From contig CAWFAD010000008.1 of the NCBI GenBank assembly GCA_963813815.1, positions 128,001-192,000 of the forward strand: a stretch of 64,000 nucleotides of DNA, read 5' to 3'. A program made the translations under genes and the position numbers. Under the pieces are notes generated by a model, which was given only the letters and a program-made list of their open reading frames with translations, was not told the DNA's origin and did not search any database. Shown here one piece after another: positions 37,067-46,313 of the stretch (its first letter is position 1; each line of letters opens with the position of its first letter). This DNA is from an uncultured bacterium. Its GTDB lineage: Bacteria > Krumholzibacteriota > Krumholzibacteriia > Krumholzibacteriales > Krumholzibacteriaceae.

Positions 37067-38629
37067 TCAAGGGGCTTCGCCGGGGCGGGGCTGCCGCGCT
37101 CCGAAGAGCACGAGATCGCCCGCGCCGTAATAGACGCGTATCTCCGTTTGGAAGTCGCCGCAGCCTTCGAGCGACTTCATGTCCTTGACGGACGAGAGAA
37201 ACAGCTTCGACGGCTCCGCGCGCAGGGCCGCGGCGAGCGCCGCGGGCTCCTCGATCGGATCGTCGAAGGCGCGGTTGCCGTAAAAGAGCATCCGGGCGCC
37301 CTGCTCGCGGACCGGCTGCCTGAAGCTCCCGATCCGCGCGCCTTCGGGCGTGATGCGTCCCGCGACGAGCGCGATCTCCCGGATCGGATCGGCGCTCGCG
37401 CGCCTCAGGCTCACGAGCGTCGCAACGACGAACAGCATGAGGAGGCAGAAGAGCGCCGTCAGAACGCTGTTCACGACCCACACCCGCTTCATCGGGTGCC
37501 TCCCCCGCCGCAGCGCCCAGCGGGCGATCTCGCGCGAGGCGAGCAGGGCCGTGAACGGGGCGACGGCGAGAAACGCGCTGACCGGCTCGGCGCCCGAGAG
37601 CGCGAGCGGCACGAAGATCGCCGCGAGGAACACGAGGATCGCCGAATCGATCCCGCCCGCGAGCGAGGAGCGGCGCCGATCGCCCCGGAGGAAGAGAATC
37701 CGAGCGACGCCGATCGACGCCGGAATGGACCAGGGAATGGACCGCAGCCACACGTTCGCCGCCGATCCGAGAAAATCGGCTCCGGCGCCCGGGCCGGGCC
37801 GGACGAGCCCGGCGATCGGCGCCCAGAGCGGGCTCCCGAAGAACCCGCCGCTCCGCTGCGCCGCGGGGACGAGCCACAATCCGCCGAGCGCGACCCCCGC
37901 CGCCGTCGCGGCCAGAAACGAGGGCATGGTCCAGATCCGCCGCCTGCTCCGCTCGACGGCGCCCGCGGCGGCCGCGCCCGCGACCGGCAGGAGCCCCGCC
38001 GCCCCGACGCTCAGGATGCCGCCCGCGATCGCCGCGCCCCAGAGGATCGCGCCGCCGCGCCGCTCGGGAAGGTACAGCCAGCCCAGCATCGCGAGCGCCG
38101 CGAACATCGCGAAGGGAAGTCCGGTCGTGACGTGCGGGGCGAACCGGCCGAAGAGCGGGGTCGAGGCGAGAACGATCGCCGCCAGCACCCCGACGGCCGC
38201 CGGGAGCGTGCCCCAGCGCGTCGCGCGCGACGCCTCCCGCGCCTCGGCCGCGGCTCCCTCGTGCGAGGCGAAGTCGCGCGAGGCTTCACGCCCCGCGACG
38301 AGGAGCACCCACGCGACGGCTATGGAGAGGAGGACGAAACCGAGCCTGGCGGCGAAATCGCTCGCGCCGAGAAGGAGAAAAAAGAGCGACATGAGCCACG
38401 GAGCGAGGGGCGGCGTGTCGTAGGCGGGCGCTCCGTTGAACTGCATCGGCAGCGGCCTGCCCGTGACGACGATCTCCCGGGCGGTTTCGGCGAGCGCCGC
38501 CTCGTCGCCGGGGGGAAGCGCCCCGTCCCACGTGCCCCAGACGGTTATGACGAGGGCGGAAAAAAAGAAGAGGAGGACGAGTATGTGCCCTCGACCCTCC
38601 TCTCCTGCGAAAAACGGAAGCTCTGCCAC
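37067..38629 (-). CDS. ArnT/PMT-like GT-C membrane glycosyltransferase (GT39/GT83-like)
   Basis: DEAALAETAREI, YDTPPLAPWL, FAARL; many TM helices; periplasmic C-terminal domain. Confidence 0.75.
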   Translation of the reverse strand: MAELPFFAGEEGRGHILVLLFFFSALVITVWGTWDGALPPGDEAALAETAREIVVTGRPLPMQFNGAPAYDTPPLAPWLMSLFFLLLGASDFAARLGFVLLSIAVAWVLLVAGREASRDFASHEGAAAEAREASRATRWGTLPAAVGVLAAIVLASTPLFGRFAPHVTTGLPFAMFAALAMLGWLYLPERRGGAILWGAAIAGGILSVGAAGLLPVAGAAAAGAVERSRRRIWTMPSFLAATAAGVALGGLWLVPAAQRSGGFFGSPLWAPIAGLVRPGPGAGADFLGSAANVWLRSIPWSIPASIGVARILFLRGDRRRSSLAGGIDSAILVFLAAIFVPLALSGAEPVSAFLAVAPFTALLASREIARWALRRGRHPMKRVWVVNSVLTALFCLLMLFVVATLVSLRRASADPIREIALVAGRITPEGARIGSFRQPVREQGARMLFYGNRAFDDPIEEPAALAAALRAEPSKLFLSSVKDMKSLEGCGDFQTEIRVYYGAGDLVLFGARQPRPGEAP

Positions 38630-38672
38630 GCCGCGCCTCCCTGCGTTCGGTACGGCGCGGAGTATACGGGAA

Positions 38673-38885
38673 TCAGCGCTCCCCTTCCAGAAATTGTTGC
38701 AGCTCGCGGATCGTCTTCGCCGCGTCCGCCCCGTACAGGGCGATGAGATTGCCCAGGGACCCCCAGGCAGGCGTCCCTCATCTCAGGCAGACGACGCCGC
38801 GGCTCATGAGGAACCCGATCGAAGCGGGATACGCCTCGACGAGCTCCTCGACCGTCATCTCGGCGGTGATTGCGGTCTTCTTCAT
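38673..38885 (-). CDS. DUF1858-like selenoprotein (CxxU), 70 aa
   Basis: Not in ORF track. GGGAGGGAG RBS; MKKTAITAEMTVEELVEAYPASIGFLMSRGVVCLR-TGA-GTPAWGSLGNLIALYGADAAKTIRELQQFLEGER*. The in-frame TGA (38778-38780) sits at the second Cys of the family CxxC and is followed by a SECIS-like hairpin. Confidence 0.82.
38742..38782 (-). promoter_or_regulatory. Bacterial SECIS element
   Basis: GAUGAG/CUCAUC lower stem spanning the UGA; upper stem UGCCUGGG/CCUGGGCA with apical loop GGUC starting 16 nt after the UGA. Confidence 0.72.
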
Positions 38886-38912
38886 GCTCGGCTCCCTCCC
38901 GTCGTGGCGGCG

Positions 38913-39245
38913 CTACTTCGCGAGCGCCTTGGTCAAGAACTCGTTCAGAAGATCCTTCGGAACGGCTCCGGACATCGAATTGACCTCCGCGCCGCCCTTG
39001 AACACCTTGAGCGTCGGAATGCTCATGATGCCGTACTGAATCGCGATGTTTTGGCTCTCGTCCGTGTTGAGCTTCGCGAATTTCACCTTCCCGGCGTATT
39101 CGCCGGCGAGCTCCTCGAAAACCGGCCCGAGAAACTTGCACGGTCCGCACCACGGCGCCCAGAAATCGACGATCACGGGGATATTCGATTCGAGCACTTC
39201 CGCCTTCCAGCTCGTTTCGTTCACATGAATTGCGTTCGCCCCCAT
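38913..39245 (-). CDS. trxA: Thioredoxin
   Basis: VDFWAPWCGPCK, YGIMSIPTL; GAGGAGGAG RBS. Confidence 0.96.
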   Translation of the reverse strand: MGANAIHVNETSWKAEVLESNIPVIVDFWAPWCGPCKFLGPVFEELAGEYAGKVKFAKLNTDESQNIAIQYGIMSIPTLKVFKGGAEVNSMSGAVPKDLLNEFLTKALAK

Positions 39246-39289
39246 TGCTCCTCCTCGCGCCGGTTTCGCCGGCCGTTCGATGATACGCC

Positions 39290-39643
39290 CTACCGCTTCC
39301 GCGCCCGCGGAACGCCCTCGCACCGATTGAGGCAATCGAGCATGCGGATGACGTTTCGCTCGGCGAGGCGGTAATAAATGTGAGAATCCTTCCGCTGGCT
39401 CCGCACGATGTTGCTCAGCCGCAGAATCTTGAGCTGCTGCGACACGAGCGACTGCTTGAGCCCGGAGAGGCCGCAGAGGTCCGTCACGGTCCTCTCCCCG
39501 CGGGTGAGGATGTTCACGAGACGCAGCCGCGCCGGGCTCGCGAGAGCCTTCAGCACGTCGGCGAATCGCTCGATCTCCCCCGCCGCCAGGGGCTCGCGCG
39601 TCTGCCGCGCAACCGCTCGTTCCAGCAATCCCTCTTCCATCAT
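39290..39643 (-). CDS. ArsR/SmtB family transcriptional regulator
   Basis: LKALASPARLRLVNIL, TVTDL, QSLVSQQLKILR, IYYRL; C-terminal CLNRC. Confidence 0.9.
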   Translation of the reverse strand: MMEEGLLERAVARQTREPLAAGEIERFADVLKALASPARLRLVNILTRGERTVTDLCGLSGLKQSLVSQQLKILRLSNIVRSQRKDSHIYYRLAERNVIRMLDCLNRCEGVPRARKR

Positions 39644-39677
39644 GATATTAATATATCATAATATCACAATGGGTCAA
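39642..39677 (-). promoter_or_regulatory. Leaderless promoter and palindromic operator of arsR
   Basis: Minus strand TTGACC-N16-TATATT-N6-ATG; inverted repeat ATGATAT-TAAT-ATATCAT (39642-39659) overlapping the -10 and the start codon. Confidence 0.65.
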
Positions 39678-39752
39678 GAAAAATTCCCGCGCCGGTCCGG
39701 GGATCCCCTTTTCCCCCTTGCCTTGCGGTTGGCAAACTGCAACCATGGCAAC

Positions 39753-41933
39753 ATGATGCGCCTGCCGGTTCTTTTCGCCGCGCTGCTCCTCGCCCTTTCC
39801 GCTCCGGCCTCGCCGGCGCCGGGAACCCGTCCCCGCGTCGGCCTCGCCCTCGGAGGAGGCGGCGCGCGCGGGCTCGCCCACATCGGCGTGCTCAAGGTGA
39901 TCGAGGAGGCGGGGCTCCCCGTGGACGTCGTGACGGGCACGAGCATGGGAAGCATCGTCGGCGGCCTCTACGCGATCGGCTACACGCCGGCCGAGATCGA
40001 GCGGATCGTGCTCGAGGCCGATTGGCCGGAGCTCTTCAGGGACCGGCTCGCGCGCAATGAGCTTCCCATGAAAAATCGGAAGCGCGACGACCGTTACCTC
40101 GTCTCCTTCCCCGTCTCGAAGAGGCGCGTGCGCCTTCCCTCGGGCCTCATCGGCGGGCAGAGGATTTACGATCTTTTCGTGCGGCTCGCCTGGCCCGTTC
40201 TCGAGACGGACGATTTCCGCCTGTTTCCGAGATCCTTCGCCTGCCTGGCGACCGACATCGAAACGGGGGACGCGGTCGTTTTCGATCGCGGCTACCTGCC
40301 CGACGCGATGCGGGCGAGCATGGCGATACCGTCCGTCTTTACGCCGGTGCGCATCGGCGGGAGGCTCCTCGTCGACGGCGGTCTCGCGCGCAACCTCCCC
40401 GCCGCGGACGCCCGGGCGCTCGGCGCGGACATCGTCATCGGCGTCGACGTGAGCAGCGATCTCGCCGGCGCCGACGAGCTCGAATCGTTCATCGACATCC
40501 TCAACCAGACGCTCGACATCGCGCTCAAAACCAACAACGCCGATCAGGCGGCGCTCTGCACGATCTTCCTCGCCCCCCGGCTCGACGAGTTCCGGAGCAT
40601 CGACTACGATCGCGCCCGCGAGATAATCCGGGCCGGGGAGACCTCCGCGCGCGAGCGTCTCGACGATCTGCGCGCGATCGCGGATTCGCTCGACGGCCTC
40701 CCGCCGGAGGGGCCCTCCCCCGGCCCCGTCGAGCGCGGCCCCGTGCGCGTGGACGAGATCGAGGTGCGCGGACTCCGGGACGTCGCGGAGCGCTTCGTTC
40801 TCGCCGAGCTCGGCATGCGGCCGCCGCAAACGGTCACGGCCGACGGGCTCGAGACGGCCATGCGGCGGCTTTTCAGCAGCGGCTACTTCACCGGCATCAG
40901 GTACCGCTTCGAGCAGATCCCCGCGGGACGCCGGCTCGTCGTCATCGTCGAGGAAGAGAGTGGCGTGACGCTCAACGCCGGCCTGCGGTACGACTCGCAC
41001 TGGCAGGCGTCGCTCCTCCTCAACGCGACCGTCCGAAATCTCCTCGAGCACGGCTCGCAGTTCGATTTCGATCTCCTCTTCGGCGAACGAAGCCGTCTCG
41101 CCGCGGCGTACGCCCTCCATACGGGCATCCGGCGCAGCGCGGGGGTTCGCGTCGAGGCCGACTGGCTCGACGACGCCGTCGACGAGTACCGCGACGCCTC
41201 GCTGGTGAGCCGCGCGGAGGTGTCGAGCGTGCGGGCCGGGATGCTCGTCGAAACCCTTTTTTCCCGCGTCCTCTACTCGGCGGCCGGGCTCAACGTCGAA
41301 TGGTACGATATCCGGCCCGAGATCGCGCCCGAGACGGCGGTCGCCGAATCGGGCCGTCTCGCGTTCTTCTCCGGCGACCTGTGGTTCGACACGCTCGACC
41401 GATCGTCATTCGCGCGCCGCGGCGTGTCGTTCCGGCTCCGCGGCGAAAAGGCGCTCGCCTCCCTCGGAAGCGACGCGTCGTTCGAGCGGGGATACGCCGC
41501 GGCCCGCGTCGCCGTGCCCGTTCACCGGCTCGTCACGGCGCGCGCCGACGTCTTTTTCGGCCTCGCCGGGGGCGAGAGCATCCCCCCGCACTACCGCTTC
41601 TTCGTCGGCGGGATCAACTCGTGCGTCGTGCTGCAGGGAGATCGGACGTCGGCCTTCTACGGCTACCGCCACCAGGAGCTCGCTGGGGAGAACGCTTTCA
41701 TGGCCGCCGTCGACGTCCAGATCGAACCGTACTCCGGCTGGTACGTGACGCTGCGCGGAAACGCCGGAAACGCCGCCGACGACCGGAGCGACCTCTTCGG
41801 CGGATCCCTCGTTCGATCGGGCGGCGCTCTGCGCCTCGGGGCCGATACGCCCGCGGGGCCCGTCGAGATTTCCCTCACGTACGGCGAGACGGCGGATTTC
41901 GGCGTGTTCTTCGACGCGGGATTCGCCTTCTAG
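39753..41933 (+). CDS. Patatin-like phospholipase-POTRA-Omp85-type beta-barrel protein (PlpD/type Vd-like)
   Basis: Signal peptide; LGGGGARGLAHIGV, GTSMG, DGG; POTRA-like segment (VDEIEVRGL...LFSSGYF); barrel ending DAGFAF. Confidence 0.88.
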   Translation: MMRLPVLFAALLLALSAPASPAPGTRPRVGLALGGGGARGLAHIGVLKVIEEAGLPVDVVTGTSMGSIVGGLYAIGYTPAEIERIVLEADWPELFRDRLARNELPMKNRKRDDRYLVSFPVSKRRVRLPSGLIGGQRIYDLFVRLAWPVLETDDFRLFPRSFACLATDIETGDAVVFDRGYLPDAMRASMAIPSVFTPVRIGGRLLVDGGLARNLPAADARALGADIVIGVDVSSDLAGADELESFIDILNQTLDIALKTNNADQAALCTIFLAPRLDEFRSIDYDRAREIIRAGETSARERLDDLRAIADSLDGLPPEGPSPGPVERGPVRVDEIEVRGLRDVAERFVLAELGMRPPQTVTADGLETAMRRLFSSGYFTGIRYRFEQIPAGRRLVVIVEEESGVTLNAGLRYDSHWQASLLLNATVRNLLEHGSQFDFDLLFGERSRLAAAYALHTGIRRSAGVRVEADWLDDAVDEYRDASLVSRAEVSSVRAGMLVETLFSRVLYSAAGLNVEWYDIRPEIAPETAVAESGRLAFFSGDLWFDTLDRSSFARRGVSFRLRGEKALASLGSDASFERGYAAARVAVPVHRLVTARADVFFGLAGGESIPPHYRFFVGGINSCVVLQGDRTSAFYGYRHQELAGENAFMAAVDVQIEPYSGWYVTLRGNAGNAADDRSDLFGGSLVRSGGALRLGADTPAGPVEISLTYGETADFGVFFDAGFAF

Positions 41934-41986
41934 GCGCGGGGGCTTTTTGCGGCGACAGAGGCCGCGACCCCTGCTATGATCGCCTC

Positions 41987-43063
41987 ATGAGCATCTCCTA
42001 TCCGCCGGCCCTGAGCCTCGCCCGCCTTCCGACGCCGGTCGAGCGTCTGCGGCGGCCGCCCGAATACCCGCGTCTTCCGAACGTGTTCGTCAAGCGCGAC
42101 GACCTCACCGGCTCCGTTCTCTCGGGGAACAAAGTCCGCAAGCTCGAGTTCTGTCTGGCGGAGGCCGCGGCGGCCGGCGCCGACACCGTGATCACCTGCG
42201 GGGGCGTTCAGTCCAACCACGCGCGGGCGACCGCGGTCGCGGCGGCGAGACTCGGCCTGCGGCCGGTCCTCGTGCTGCGGGGACCGGAGCCCGCGGAGAA
42301 CGACGGCAATCTGCTGCTCGACCGGCTCGCCGGGGCGGACGTCAGGTTCATCGGGGAGGCCGAGTGGCCGTACGTGGGCGAGATCATGAAATCGATCGCC
42401 GGCGAGCTCGCCGCGGCCGGGCGCGTCGCGCACACGATCCCCGAGGGGGCCTCCTATCCTCCCGGCGTGTTCGGATACATCAGGGCGGCGGAGGAGATCG
42501 CCGCCTCGGAGCGGGAGCTCGGCGCCGCGTTCGACGCGATCGTCTTCGCCGTCGGCAGCGGCGGAACGTACGCCGGGCTCGCGTACGGAGCGCGCATCTT
42601 CGGCCTCGGGGCCCGCGTCGTCGGGGTCAACGTGCTCGACACGCCGGAGCGTTTCGCCGACCGCATCCATGCGATCTCCGAGGATTTCATCAGGACGTAC
42701 GAGGACCGCTACCGGGGGGAGCGGTGGTTCCGGCCGATCGCCCCGGACGAGATCGAGATCGCGGGCGGGTACGAGGGGCCCGCGTACGCCGTGCCGAGCG
42801 CCGAGGGGCTCTCTCTCATCCGGGCGTTCGCCCGCTCCGCCGGGCTCTTCCTCGACCCGGCCTACACCGGCAAGGCGATGCTCGGCCTCGCCGGCGAATC
42901 GGACCGGGGACGGTGGAAGAGCTCGGACAACGTTCTCTTCATTCACACGGGCGGGATCTTCTCCCTCTTTCCGTGGCGCCGCGAGCTCGCGCCCGGCCCC
43001 GGCGACTCGGCGGAAAACGCGGTCCCGGCGCCGGCCGCGGCCCCGCCGGCCCAATCCCCTTGA
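41987..43063 (+). CDS. D-cysteine desulfhydrase / ACC deaminase family PLP enzyme
   Basis: LPTPVERL, KRDDLTG..LSGNKVRKLEF, GGVQSNHARAT, GSGGT, LDPAYTGKAM, FIHTGG. Confidence 0.9.
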   Translation: MSISYPPALSLARLPTPVERLRRPPEYPRLPNVFVKRDDLTGSVLSGNKVRKLEFCLAEAAAAGADTVITCGGVQSNHARATAVAAARLGLRPVLVLRGPEPAENDGNLLLDRLAGADVRFIGEAEWPYVGEIMKSIAGELAAAGRVAHTIPEGASYPPGVFGYIRAAEEIAASERELGAAFDAIVFAVGSGGTYAGLAYGARIFGLGARVVGVNVLDTPERFADRIHAISEDFIRTYEDRYRGERWFRPIAPDEIEIAGGYEGPAYAVPSAEGLSLIRAFARSAGLFLDPAYTGKAMLGLAGESDRGRWKSSDNVLFIHTGGIFSLFPWRRELAPGPGDSAENAVPAPAAAPPAQSP

Positions 43064-43088
43064 CACCCCCCCTGCGGCGGCATACTGT
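43060..43088 (+). promoter_or_regulatory. Putative sigma70 promoter of dapA-dapB
   Basis: TTGACA-N17-TACTGT. Confidence 0.5.
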
Positions 43089-43178
43089 ACCATCCGGCGC
43101 TGCCGCGACGCGGCCGCCGTTCACGACGAGCAACGATCATTTCCGCGGCGGGCCGCGGAAGAAGGAGGATGGAAGATC

Positions 43179-44069
43179 ATGACGATGCAGGGGCTCTACG
43201 TGGCGCTCGTCACGCCATTCGACGAGAAAACGGGCGCCTTGAACGAGGCGAAGCTCCGCGAGCTCGTGAAGTTCCACGTCGACGCGGGAACGGACGGCAT
43301 CGTCCCGTGCGCGACGACGAGCGAGAATCCGACCTACACCTGGGACGAGCACTTCCGGATCATCGATATCGCCGTCAAGGCGGCGGCCGGCAAGATCAAA
43401 GTCGTCCCCGGCTGCGGCACGAACGCGACCGCGAAATCCCTCGAGAACGTCAAGAAGGCGCGCGAGCTCGGCGCCGACGGCGCGATGGTCGTGACCCCCT
43501 ACTACAACAAGCCGACGCAGGAAGGCCTCTACGCGCACTTCATGAAGCTCGCCGACGAGGGCGGGCTGCCGCTCATGCTCTACAACGTGCCGGGACGCAC
43601 CGGCCTCAACATGCTCCCGAAGACGGTCCAGCGCCTCTCGAAACACGAGCGCATCGTCGCGATCAAGGAGGCGAGCGGCTCGCTCGAGCAGATGTGCGAG
43701 ATCGTGCAGCTCTGCGGCGACGGCATCACGCTCCTCTCGGGCGACGACGGCATCACGCTCCCTATTCTCTCGATCGGCGGCAAGGGCGTCGTGAGCGTCG
43801 TCGGCAACATCGTGCCGAAGGACATGCTTGCGATGATCGCGGCCTTCGAGAAGGGGGATCTCGCGAAAGCGCGCGCCCTCCACTACCAGCTCTTCCCGCT
43901 CTGCAAGGCGATGTTCCTCGAGACGAACCCGACTCCGGTGAAGGAAGCGATGAACATGCTCGGCATGGGCGTCGGAGACGTGCGGCTCCCGCTCGTCGGT
44001 CTCCAACCGGAGAACCGCGAGAAGCTCCGCAAGGCGCTCGCGGACTACGGGCTCAAACTCGCGAAGTAA
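43179..44069 (+). CDS. dapA: 4-hydroxy-tetrahydrodipicolinate synthase
   Basis: ALVTPF, TPYYNKPTQEGL, LYNVPGRTG, AIKEASG, LSGDD, ETNPTPVK, VRLPL; adjacent to dapB. Confidence 0.93.
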   Translation: MTMQGLYVALVTPFDEKTGALNEAKLRELVKFHVDAGTDGIVPCATTSENPTYTWDEHFRIIDIAVKAAAGKIKVVPGCGTNATAKSLENVKKARELGADGAMVVTPYYNKPTQEGLYAHFMKLADEGGLPLMLYNVPGRTGLNMLPKTVQRLSKHERIVAIKEASGSLEQMCEIVQLCGDGITLLSGDDGITLPILSIGGKGVVSVVGNIVPKDMLAMIAAFEKGDLAKARALHYQLFPLCKAMFLETNPTPVKEAMNMLGMGVGDVRLPLVGLQPENREKLRKALADYGLKLAK

Positions 44070-44080
44070 GGCGGTCGATC

Positions 44081-44848
44081 ATGATCAGAGTCGTCGTATG
44101 CGGCGCCCTCGGCAAGATGGGACGCACCGTCGCCGACGAGATCGCGGGGACCGCTGATCTCGCGCTCGCCGGCGCGATCGAGGCGCCGGGTCATTCGGGG
44201 CTCGGCACGAAGCTCGGCGCCGTCGAGGTGACGGCCGACCTCGCGCGCGCCCTCATCTCCGCCGACGTCGTCGTCGACTTCACGAACCCCGCCGCAACGC
44301 TCGCGCACGTCGAGGTGGCGGCCGCGGCGGGAAAACCGATGATCGTCGGCACGACCGGGCTTTCGGCGGACGAGATCGCCGCCGCGAAGCGGGCGGGCGG
44401 CCGGATACCCCTCGTCATCAGCCCGAACATGTCGGCGGGGGTCAACCTGCTCTTCAAGGTCGTCGAGGACGTGGCGCGCGCGCTTCCCGACTTCGACGCC
44501 GAGATCGTCGAGATGCACCACAACAAGAAGAAGGACAGCCCGAGCGGAACGGCGGCGAAGCTCGCGGACGCCGTCGCGAAGGCGCGGCCGGGATCGAACG
44601 TCATTTACGGCCGCGAGGGAATGATCGGGGCGCGCCCGGCGGCCGAGATCGCCGTGCACGCGCTCCGCGGCGGGGACGTCGTCGGCGAGCACACGATCGT
44701 CTTCGCCGGCGAGGGCGAGCGCTTCGAGCTCACGCACCGCGCGCATTCGCGACGGACCTTCGCGCGCGGGACACTCCGGGCGATCCGCTTCGTTCACGGG
44801 AAAAAGCCCGGTCTCTACACGATGGCCGACGTGCTCGGCCTGAAGTGA
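44081..44848 (+). CDS. dapB: 4-hydroxy-tetrahydrodipicolinate reductase
   Basis: GALGKMG, VDFT, GTTG, PNMSAGVN, EMHHNKKKDSPSGTA, RGGDVVGEH. Confidence 0.95.
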   Translation: MIRVVVCGALGKMGRTVADEIAGTADLALAGAIEAPGHSGLGTKLGAVEVTADLARALISADVVVDFTNPAATLAHVEVAAAAGKPMIVGTTGLSADEIAAAKRAGGRIPLVISPNMSAGVNLLFKVVEDVARALPDFDAEIVEMHHNKKKDSPSGTAAKLADAVAKARPGSNVIYGREGMIGARPAAEIAVHALRGGDVVGEHTIVFAGEGERFELTHRAHSRRTFARGTLRAIRFVHGKKPGLYTMADVLGLK

Positions 44849-44860
44849 CCCGCCCGCGTC

Positions 44861-46276
44861 TCAGTAGAGGTTGAAGCACACGACGCGCGGCTCGGTCATC
44901 TCCTGAAGCGCGAACTTGATCCCCTCGCGTCCGAGGCCGCTCCGCTTCACGCCGCCGAACGGCATCATATCGATCCGGTAATCGGACGAATCGTTCACGA
45001 CGACCCCGCCGACCTCGAGCTCGCGTATCGCCTTGAACGCCTTGTTGACGTCCCGCGTGAAGATGCCCGCGTGGAGGCCGAAGTCGACGGCGTTCGCGCG
45101 CTCGATCGCCTCGTCGAGATCCTTCACCGGGTAGAGGTTCACCGTCGGCGCGAACACCTCGTCCACGTCGACCCGCGCGCCCGGCGGCACGTCCGCGAGC
45201 ACCGTCGGCTCGTAGATCGCGCCCCGCCGCTTGCCGCCCGTGAGCACCTTCGCCCCGGCCTTCACGGCCTCCTCGACCCAGCGCTCGATCCGCTTCGCCT
45301 CGCCCTCGTTGATCATGGGACCCATGTCGCAGTCTTCCTCGAGCTTCGGGCCGACCTTGTAGGAGCGCGTGCGCGCGACGAAGAGCGTCTCGAACCGCTT
45401 GTAGATCGACTGCTCTATGTAAATGCGCTGGACGCCGATGCAGTTCTGCCCGGCGGCCCAGAAGGCGCCCGAGACGCAGTCGTCCACGGCGCGCTTGAGA
45501 TCGCAGTCTTCGAGCACGATGACGGGGGTGTTCGATCCGAGCTCCATGCCGATCTTCTTGAGCCCCGCCTTCTTCACGATCTCCTCCCCCGCCTCGGCGC
45601 CCCCGGTGAAGCTCACCATGCGCACGCGCGGGTCGGTGACGAGCGCGTCGCCCGTTTTCGCCGCGTAGCCGGTGACGACGTTCAGGATGCCCGGCGGCAG
45701 CCCCGCCTCGTCGAAGGCCCGGGCGAGCATGAGCGCCGAGAGCGGCGTCACGGTCGCCGGTTTCACGACGACGGCGTTCCCCGCGGCGACGGCCGGACCG
45801 ACCTTGTGCGCGACGAGGTTCAGCGGATCGTTGAAGGGCGTGATCGCCGCCACGATCCCGATCGGAAACCGGAAGTAGTACCCCACGCGGTTCTCGGATC
45901 CCGGTCGCGAATCGAAGGGAATCGTCTCGCCCTGGAGGCGGCGCGCCTCCTCGGCGGAGATGCGGACGGTGTCGACGCAGCGGGAGGCCTCCTTGCGCGC
46001 CTCGCGGATCGTCTTCGATCCCTCGCGCGCGATCACGCGAGCGTACTCCTCCTGACGCGATTCGATGTAGGAGGCGGCCGCGTTGAGGATCCGGATGCGC
46101 TCGTGAACGGGAAGGTTCCGGTTCGTCCGGTAACCCTGCTCCGCCGCGGCGATGGCGGCCTTGACGTCCTCCGCCCCGCCGCTCGGAACGGTGTCGACGA
46201 GCGAGTCATCGTACGGGTCCCTGACCTCGATCGTCTCTTTCTTGTCGATCCACTTTCCGCCGATGAACATCTTCAT
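44861..46276 (-). CDS. NAD(P)-dependent aldehyde dehydrogenase
   Basis: ITPFNDPLN, KPA, SFTGG, MELGSN, AGQNCIG, EVFAP, PFGGVKRSGLGREG. Confidence 0.93.
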   Translation of the reverse strand: MKMFIGGKWIDKKETIEVRDPYDDSLVDTVPSGGAEDVKAAIAAAEQGYRTNRNLPVHERIRILNAAASYIESRQEEYARVIAREGSKTIREARKEASRCVDTVRISAEEARRLQGETIPFDSRPGSENRVGYYFRFPIGIVAAITPFNDPLNLVAHKVGPAVAAGNAVVVKPATVTPLSALMLARAFDEAGLPPGILNVVTGYAAKTGDALVTDPRVRMVSFTGGAEAGEEIVKKAGLKKIGMELGSNTPVIVLEDCDLKRAVDDCVSGAFWAAGQNCIGVQRIYIEQSIYKRFETLFVARTRSYKVGPKLEEDCDMGPMINEGEAKRIERWVEEAVKAGAKVLTGGKRRGAIYEPTVLADVPPGARVDVDEVFAPTVNLYPVKDLDEAIERANAVDFGLHAGIFTRDVNKAFKAIRELEVGGVVVNDSSDYRIDMMPFGGVKRSGLGREGIKFALQEMTEPRVVCFNLY

Positions 46277-46313
46277 ACGGGATCCTGCCTTCTTCGGTGC
46301 CCGGTCTCCGGGG

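Noticed and set aside
38673..38885. Interpreting the TGA-interrupted DUF1858 frame as a pseudogene
   Set aside because: The TGA falls exactly at a CxxC cysteine position, is followed by a SECIS-like hairpin, and the frame continues intact to a normal length.
43089..43178. Possible lysine riboswitch upstream of dapA
   Set aside because: The leader is only about 85 nt and lacks recognisable L-box conserved segments.
43305..43330. DapA motif ATTSE instead of GTTGE suggesting another aldolase
   Set aside because: The TT pair, catalytic Tyr and Lys, the R of PGRTG and linkage to dapB all support ordinary DapA.
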